Assembly (NCBI RefSeq): GCF_009914755.1 | Contig: NC_060942.1 | Direction: 5' to 3' (one strand) | Length of the DNA: 64,000 bases | DNA from: the human T2T-CHM13v2.0 reference genome, Homo sapiens | In this document: positions 55,501 to 64,000 of the stretch, one piece after another | Layout of the letters: every line of letters begins with the position of its first letter | Numbering within the stretch: position 1 is the first letter of the stretch | Notes under the pieces: generated by a model | Seen by the model: the letters and a program-made list of their open reading frames with translations, nothing else | The model's database searches: none | What the model was told of the DNA's origin: nothing | Made by a program: the position numbers and the translations under genes

Positions 55501-58500
55501 TTCTGTAGTATCTGGATGTGGGCACTTGGAGCTCTTGGACGCTTATGGTGAAAAAGGAAATATCGTCCCATAAAAACTAGACAGAAGCATTCTCACAAAC
55601 TGCTTTGAGACGTATGTCGTCAGCTAACAGAGTTGAACATTTCTATTCACAGAGCAGTTTTGAAAGACTCTTTTGGAGTATCTGCTAGTGGATATTTGGA
55701 GAGCTTTAAGGATTTCACCGGAAACCGGAATATCTTCAGGTAAAATCTAGACAGAGGCATTCTCAGAAACTTCTTTGTAATGTGTGTCCTCAACTAACAG
55801 TGTACAACCTATCTTTTGATACAGCACGTTGGAAACACTCTTTTTATAGAATCTGCAAGTGGATATTTGGATAGCTCTAACGATTTCGTTGGAAACGGGA
55901 ATACCTTCATAAAAAATCTAGACAGTGGCACTCTCAGAAACTGCTTTGTGATATCTGCATTCAAGCCACAGAGTTGAAAATTTCCCTTCCTAAAGCAGGT
56001 TTGAAACACTCTTTCTGTCATATCTGGAAGTGGACATTTGGAGCACTTTGACGCCTTTGATGAAAAAGGAAATGTCTTCCCATCAAAACTAGACAGAAGC
56101 ATTCTAAGAAACATTTTTGGGATATATGTACTCAACTAACAGAGTTGAACCTTTCTCTTTATAGATCAGTTTTGGAAAGCTCTTTATGTGGAATCTGCAG
56201 ATGGATATTCGGATAGCTCTGAGGATTTCGTTGGAGACGGGAATACATAAAGAAAGTAGACAGCAGCATTCTCGGGAGATTCTTTGTGATGTTTGCTTTG
56301 AAGTCACAGAGTTGAATATTCCCTTCAATAGAGCAGGTTTGAAACACTCTTTCTGTAGTATCTGGAAGTGGCCATTTCGATCGATTTCAGGCCTATGTTG
56401 AAAAAGGAAATATCTCTACATAAAAACTAGACAGAAGCATTCTCAGAAACGTCTTTGTGATGTGTGTCCTCAACTAACAGAGTTCAACCTTTCTTATGAT
56501 ACAGCAGTTGGGAAACACTCTTTTTATAGAATTTGCAAGCTGATACATGGATAGCCCTAACTATTTCGTTGGAAACGGGAATATCTTCACATAAAACCTA
56601 GACAGAAGCACTCTCAGAAACTACTTTGTGATATCTGCATTGATATCACAGAATTGAATATTCCCTTTCTAAGGGCAGGCTTGAAAGCGTCTTTTCGTGG
56701 AATCTGCAGGAGGATATTTGGATAGCTTTGAGGGTTACGTTGGAAACGGGATTACATGTACAAAGCAGACAGCAGCATTCTCAGAAGCTTCTTTATGATG
56801 TTTGCGTTCAAGTCACAGAGTTGAACGTTCCCTTTCATAGAGCAGGTTTCACACCCTCTTTCTGCAGTATCTGGAAGTGGACATTTCGAGCGCTTTCAGG
56901 CCTATGGTGAACAAGGAAATATCTTCCCATGCAAACTAGACAGAAGCATTCGCAGAAACTTGTTTGTGATGTGTGTCCTCAACTCACAGAGTTGAACATT
57001 TCGTTTGACAGAGCAGTTTGGAAACACGATTTTTGTAGAATCTGCAAGTGGATATTTGGATGGCTTTGTGGATTTCGTTGGAAACGGGAGTATCTTCATA
57101 GAAAACCTAGACAGTAACATTCTCAGAAACGGCTTTGTGATATCCGCATTCACGTCACAGAGTTGAACATTCCCTTTCATAGAGCAGGTTTGAAACACCC
57201 TTTCTGTAGTATCTGGATGTGGGCACTTGGAGCTCTTGGACGCTTATGGTGAAAAAGGAAATATCGTCCCATAAAAACTAGACAGAAGCATTCTCACAAA
57301 CTGCTTTGAGACGTATGTCGTCAGCTAACAGAGTTGAACATTTCTATTCACAGAGCAGTTTTGAAAGACTCTTTTGGAGTATCTGCTAGTGGATATTTGG
57401 AGAGCTTTAAGGATTTCACCGGAAACCGGAATATCTTCAGGTAAAATCTAGACAGAGGCATTCTCAGAAACTTCTTTGTAATGTGTGTCCTCAACTAACA
57501 GTGTACAACCTATCTTTTGATACAGCACGTTGGAAACACTCTTTTTATAGAATCTGCAAGTGGATATTTGGATAGCTCTAACGATTTCGTTGGAAATGGG
57601 AGTACCTTCATATAAAATCTAGACAGTGGCACTCTCAGAAACTGCTTTGTGATATCTGCATTCAAGCCACAGAGTTGAACATTTCCCTTCCTAAAGCAGG
57701 TTTGAAACACTCTTTCTGTCGTATCTGGAAGTGGACATTTGGAGCACTTTGACGCCTTTGGTGAAAAAGGAAATGTCTTCCCATCAAAACTAGACAGAAG
57801 CATTCTAAGAAACATTTTTGGGATATATGTACTCAACTAACAGAGTTGAACCTTTCTCTTTATAGATCAGTTTTGGAAAGCTCTTTATGTGGAATCTGCA
57901 GATGGATATTCGGATAGCTCTGAGGATTTCGTTGGAGACGGGAATACATAAAGAAAGTAGACAGCAGCATTCTCGGGAGATTCTTTGTGATGTTTGCTTT
58001 GAAGTCACAGAGTTGAATATTCCCTTCAATAGAGCAGGTTTGAAACACTCTTTCTGTAGTATCTGGAAGTGGACATTTCCATCGATTTCAGGCCTATGTT
58101 GAAAAAGGAAATATCTTAACATAAAAACTAGACAGAAGCATTCTCAGAAACGTCTTTGTGATGTGTGTCCTCAACTAACAGAGTTCAACCTTTCTTATGA
58201 TACAGCAGTTGGGAAACACTCTTTTTATAGAATTTGCAAGCTGATACATGGATAGCCCTAACTATTTCGTTGGAAACGGGAATATCTTCACATAAAACCT
58301 AGACAGAAGCACTCTCAGAAACTACTTTGTGATATCTGCATTGATATCAGAGAGTTGAATATTCCCTTTCTAAGGGCAGGCTTGAAAGCGTCTTTTCGTG
58401 GAATCTGCAGGAGGATATTTGGATAGCTTTGAGGGTTATGTTGGAAACGGGATTACATGTACAAAGCAGACAGCAGCATTCTCAGAAGCTTCTTTATGAT

Positions 58501-61500
58501 GTTTGCGTTCAAGTCACAGAGTTGAACGTTCCCTTTCATAGAGCAGGTTTCAAACCCTCTTTCTGCAGTATCTGGAAGTGGACATTTCGAGCGCTTTCAG
58601 GCCTATGGTGAACAAGGAAATATCTTCCCATGCAAACTAGACAGAAGCATTCGCAGAAACTTGTTTGTGATGTGTGTCCTCAACTCACAGAGTTGAACAT
58701 TTCGTTTGACAGAGCAGTTTGGAAACACGATTTTTGTAGAATCTGCAAGTGGATATTTGGATGGCTTTGTGGATTTCGTTGGAAACGGGAGTATCTTCAT
58801 AGAAAACCTAGACAGTAACATTCTCAGAAACGGCTTTGTGATATCCGCATTCACGTCACAGAGTTGAACATTCCCTTTCATAGAGCAGGTTTGAAACACC
58901 CTTTCTGTAGTATCTGGATGTGGGCACTTGGAGCTCTTGGACGCTTATGGTGAAAAAGGAAATATCGTCCCATAAAACCTAGACAAAAGCATTCTCACAA
59001 ACTGCTTTGTGACGTATGTCGTCAGCTAACAGAGTTGAGCATTTCTATTCACAGAGCAGTTTTGAAAGACTCTTTTGGAGTATCTGCTAGTGGATATGTG
59101 GAGAGCTTTAAGGATTTCACTGGAAACCGGAATATCTTCAGGTAAAATCTAGACAGAGGCATTCTCAGAAACTTCTTTGTAATGTGTGTCCTCAACTAAC
59201 AGTGTACAACCTATCTTTTGATACAGCACGTTGGAAACACTCTTTTTATAGAATCTGCAAGTGGATATTTGGATAGCTCTAACGATTTCGTTGGAAACGG
59301 GAATACCTTCATATAAAATCTAGACAGTGGCACTCTCAGAAACTGCTTTGTGATATCTGCATTCAAGCCACAGAGTTGAACATTTCCCTTCCTAAAGCAG
59401 GTTTGAAACACTCTTTCTGTCGTATCTGGAAGTGGACATTTGGAGCACTTTGACGCCTTTGGTGAAAAAGGAAATGTCTTCCCATCAAAACTAGACAGAA
59501 GCTTTCTAAGAAACATTTTTGGGATATATGTACTCAAGTAACAGAGTTGAACCTTTCTCTTTATAGATCAGTTTTGGAAAGCTCTTTATGTGGAATCTGC
59601 AAATGGATATTCGGATAGCTCTGAGGATTTCGTTGGAGACGGGAATACATAAAGAATGTAGACAGCAGCATTCTCGGGAGATTCTTTGTGATGTTTGCTT
59701 TGAAGTCACAGAGTTGAATATTCCCTTCAATAGAGCAGGTTTGAAACACTCTTTCTGTAGTATCTGGAAGTGGCCATTTCGATCGATTTCAGGCCTATGT
59801 TGAAAAAGGAAATATCTTAACATAAAAACTAGACGGAAGCATTCTCAGAAACGTCTTTGTGATGTGTGCCCTCAACTAACAGAGTTCAACCTTTCTTATG
59901 ATACAGCAGTTTGGAAACACTCTTTTTATAGAATTTGCAAGCTGATACATGGATAGCCCTAACTATTTCGTTGGAAACGGGAATATCTTCACATAAAACC
60001 TAGACAGAAGCACTCTCAGAAACTACTTTGTGATATCTGCATTGATATCAGAGAGTTGAATATTCCCTTTCTAAGGGCAGGCTTGAAAGCGTCTTTTCGT
60101 GGAATCTGCAGGAGGATATTTGGATAGCTTTGAGGGTTACGTTGGAAACGGGATTACATGTACAAAGCAGACAGCAGCATTCTCAGAAGCTTCTTTATGA
60201 TGTTTGCGTTCAAGTCACAGAGTTGAACGTTCCCTTTCATAGAGCAGGTTTCAAACCCTCTTTCTGCAGTATCTGGAAGTGGACATTTCGAGCGATTTCA
60301 GGCCTATGGTGAACAAGGAAATATCTTCCCATGCAAACTAGACAGAAGCATTCGCAGAAACTTGTTTGTGATGTGTGTCCTCAACTCACAGAGTTGAACA
60401 TTTGGTTTGACAGAGCAGTTTGGAAACACGATTTTTGTAGAATCTGCAAGTGGATATTTGGATGGCTTTGTGGATTTCGTTGGAAACGGGAGTATCTTCA
60501 TAGAAAACCTAGACAGTAACATTCTCAGAAACGGCTTTGTGATATCCGCATTCACGTCACAGAGTTGAACATTCCCTTTCATAGAGCAGGTTTGAAACAC
60601 CCTTTCTGTAGTATCTGGATGTGGGCACTTGGAGCTCTTGGACGCTTATGGTGAAAAAGGAAATATCGTCCCATAAAACCTAGACAGAAGCATTCTCACA
60701 AACTGCTTTGTGACGTATGTCGTCAGCTAACAGAGTTGAGCATTTCTATTCACAGAGCAGTTTTGAAAGACTCTTTTGGAGTATCTGCTAGTGGAAATGT
60801 GGAGAGCTTTAAGGATTTCACTGGAAACCGGAATATCTTCAGGTAAAATCTAGACAGAGGCATTCTCAGAAACTTCTTTGTAATGTGTGTCCTCAACTAA
60901 CAGTGTACAACCTATCTTTTGATACAGCACGTTGGAAACACTCTTTTTATAGAATCTGCAAGTGGATATTTGGATAGCTCTAACGATTTCGTTGGAAACG
61001 GGAATCCCTTCATATAAAATCTAGACAGTGGCACTCGCAGAAACTGCTTTGTGATATCTGCATTCAAGCCACAGAGTTGAACATTTCCCTTCCTAAAGCA
61101 GGTTTGAAACACTCTTTATGTCGTATCTGGAAGTGGACATTTGGAGCACTTTGACGCCTTTGGTGAAAAAGGAAATGTCTTCCCATCAAAACTAGACAGA
61201 AGCTTTCTAAGAAACATTTTTGGGATATATGTACACAACTAACAGAGTTGAACCTTTCTCTTTACAGATCAGTTTTGGAAAGCTCTTTATGTGGAATCTG
61301 CAGATGGATATTCGGATAGCTCTGAGGATTTCGTTGGAGACGGGAATACATAAAGAAAGTAGACAGCAGCATTCTCGGGAGATTCTTTGTGATGTTTGCT
61401 TTGAAGTCACAGAGTTGAATATTCCCTTCAATAGAGCAGGTTTGAAACACTCTTTCTGTAGTATCTGGAAGTGGACATTTCGATCGATTTCAGGCCTATG

Positions 61501-64000
61501 TTGAAAAAGGAAATATCTTAACATAAAAACTAGACAGAAGCATTCTCAGAAACGTCTTTGTGATGTGTGTCCTCAACTAACAGAGTTCAACCTTTCTTAT
61601 GATACAGCAGTTGGGAAACACTCTTTTTATAGAATTTGCAAGTTGATACATGGATAGCCCTAACTATTTCGTTGGAAACGGGAATATCTTCACATAAAAC
61701 CTAGACAGAAGCACTCTCAGAAACTACTTTGTGATATCTGCATTGATATCAGAGAGTTGAATATTCCCTTTCTAAGGGCAGGCTTGAAAGCGTCTTTTTT
61801 TGGAATCTGCAGGAGGATATTTGGATAGCTTTGAGTGTTACGTTGGAAACGGGATTACATGTACAAAGCAGACAGCAGCATTCTCAGAAGCTTCTTTATG
61901 ATGTTTGCGTTCAAGTCACAGAGTTGAACGTTCCCTTTCATAGTGCAGGTTTCAAACCCTCTTTCTGCAGTATCTGGAAGTGGACATTTCGAGCGCTTTC
62001 AGGCTTATGGTGAACAAGGAAATATCTTCCCATGCAAACTAGACAGAAGCATTCGCAGAAACTTGTTTGTGATGTGTGTCCTCAACTCACAGAGTTGAAC
62101 ATTTCGTTTGACAGAGCAGTTTGGAAACACGATTTTTGTAGAATCTGCAAGTGGATATTTGGATGGCTTTGTGGATTTCGTTGGAAACGGGAGTATCTTC
62201 ATAAAAAACCTAGACAGTAACATTCTCAGAAACGGCTTTGTGATATCCGCATTCACGTCACAGAGTTGAACATTCCCTTTCATAGAGCAGGTTTGAAACA
62301 CCCTTTCTGTAGTATCTGGATGTGGGCACTTGGAGCTCTTGGACGCTTATGGTGAAAAAGGAAATATCGTCCCATAAAACCTAGACAGAAGCATTCTCAC
62401 AAACTGCTTTGTGACGTATGTCGTCAGCTAACAGAGTTGAGCATTTCTATTCACAGAGCAGTTTTGAAAGACTCTTTTGGAGTATCTGCTAGTGGATATG
62501 TGGAGAGCTTTAAGGATTTCACTGGAAACCGGAATATCTTCAGGTAAAATCTAGACAGAGGCATTCTCAGAAACTTCTTTGTAATGTGTGTCCTCAACTA
62601 ACAGTGTACAACCTATCTTTTGATACAGCACGTTGGAAACACTCTTTTTATAGAATCTGCAAGTGGATATTTGGATAGCTCTAACGATTTCGTTGGAAAC
62701 GGGAATACCTTCATATAAAATCTAGACAGTGGCACTCTCAGAAACTGCTTTGTGATATCTGCATTCAAGCCACAGAGTTGAACATTTCCCTTCCTAAAGC
62801 AGGTTTGAAACACTCTTTCTGTCGTATCTGGAAGTGGACATTTGGAGCACTTTGACGCCTTTGGTGAAAAAGGAAATGTCTTCCCATCAAAACTAGACAG
62901 AAGCATTCTAAGAAACATTTTTGGGATATATGTACTCAACTAACAGAGTTGAACCTTTCTCTTTATAGATCAGTTTTGGAAAGCTCTTTATGTGGAATCT
63001 GCAGATGGATATTCGGATAGCTCTGAGGATTTCGTTGGAGACGGGAATACATAAAGAAAGTAGACAGCAGCATTCTCGGGAGATTCTTTGTGATGTTTGC
63101 TTTGAAGTCACAGAGTTGAATATTCCCTTCAATAGAGCAGGTTTGAAACACTCTTTCTGTAGTATCTGGAAGTGGACATTTCGATCGATTTCAGGCCTAT
63201 GTTGAAAAAGGAAATATCTTAACATAAAAACTAGACAGAAGCATTCTCAGAAACGTCTTTGTGATGTGTGTCCTCAACTAACAGAGTTCAACCTTTCTTA
63301 TGATACAGCAGTTGGGAAACACTCTTTTTATAGAATTTGCAAGTTGATACATGGATAGCCCTAACTATTTCGTTGGAAACGGGAATATCTTCACATAAAA
63401 CCTAGACAGAAGCACTCTCAGAAACTACTTTGTGATATCTGCATTGATATCAGAGAGTTGAATATTCCCTTTCTAAGGGCAGGCTTGAAAGCGTCTTTTT
63501 TTGGAATCTGCAGGAGGATATTTGGATAGCTTTGAGTGTTACGTTGGAAACGGGATTACATGTACAAAGCAGACAGCAGCATTCTCAGAAGCTTCTTTAT
63601 GATGTTTGCGTTCAAGTCACAGAGTTGAACGTTCCCTTTCATAGTGCAGGTTTCAAACCCTCTTTCTGCAGTATCTGGAAGTGGACATTTCGAGCGCTTT
63701 CAGGCTTATGGTGAACAAGGAAATATCTTCCCATGCAAACTAGACAGAAGCATTCGCAGAAACTTGTTTGTGATGTGTGTCCTCAACTCACAGAGTTGAA
63801 CATTTCGTTTGACAGAGCAGTTTGGAAACACGATTTTTGTAGAATCTGCAAGTGGATATTTGGATGGCTTTGTGGATTTCGTTGGAAACGGGAGTATCTT
63901 CATAGAAAACCTAGACAGTAACATTCTCAGAAACGGCTTTGTGATATCCGCATTCACGTCACAGAGTTGAACATTCCCTTTCATAGAGCAGGTTTGAAAC

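Larger units (their letters stand above)
19481..64000 (+). repeat. Homogeneous alpha-satellite HOR array: SF2 10-mer, 1701-bp unit, about 26 copies, continuing past the window; possibly D18Z2/S2C18H2-type
   Basis: Near-identical spurious ORFs recur every 1701 bp (e.g. 22883, 24584, 26285 ... 63706). Monomer starts in one copy: 21228, 21399, 21570, 21740, 21911, 22081, 22248, 22419, 22590, 22757. Consensus lengths 7x171+170+2x167=1701. The chromosome assignment is only moderately certain. Confidence 0.97.

Noticed and set aside
8159-63984. Many short 60-140 aa ORFs, repeating every 1701 bp in the HOR (MFQTCSMKGNVQLC..., MRVTLETG...)
   Set aside because: Chance translations of alpha satellite, many with non-ATG starts. 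They open and close with random SNPs and show no domain or gene structure.
19481-64000. CRISPR-like or other repeat-spacer array
   Set aside because: The sequences between conserved motifs are homologous monomer bodies, not unique spacers. There are no cas genes and the context is eukaryotic satellite.
19481-64000. Claim that this array is the active kinetochore site
   Set aside because: CENP-A occupancy and the methylation dip are epigenetic and not visible in sequence. If this is D18Z2-like it is normally a secondary array.

Overview
Primate, very probably human, centromeric DNA with no functional protein-coding genes. The window crosses the edge of an alpha-satellite array, and all monomers are in one orientation. 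(1) 1-2084 and 8107-~17318: divergent suprachromosomal family 2 (SF2, D1/D2-type) alpha satellite, first as regular 342-bp dimers, then as a mosaic of scrambled multi-monomer blocks. (2) 2085-8106: a full-length (~6.02 kb), + strand, dead LINE-1 with L1PA2-like diagnostics and a 12-13 bp target-site duplication. (3) ~17319-64000: a 10-monomer, 1701-bp higher-order repeat (HOR), about 27.4 copies. The first one to one-and-a-half copies are divergent and the rest are near-identical, with four intact CENP-B boxes per unit. A 1.7-kb SF2 10-mer suggests the D18Z2/S2C18H2 family, but this was recalled, not tested by alignment. I found no new biological system. The most interesting signals are evolutionary: the 10-mer reads as a 7-mer plus a partial internal duplication containing a D2/D1 fusion monomer, precursors of these monomers lie in the flank, a CENP-B box intact in the edge copy is broken in all amplified copies, multi-HOR duplication blocks occur inside the array, and the L1 has a mutated YY1 site and a rearranged ORF0. 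The many short ORFs over the satellite are artefacts of the repeat.
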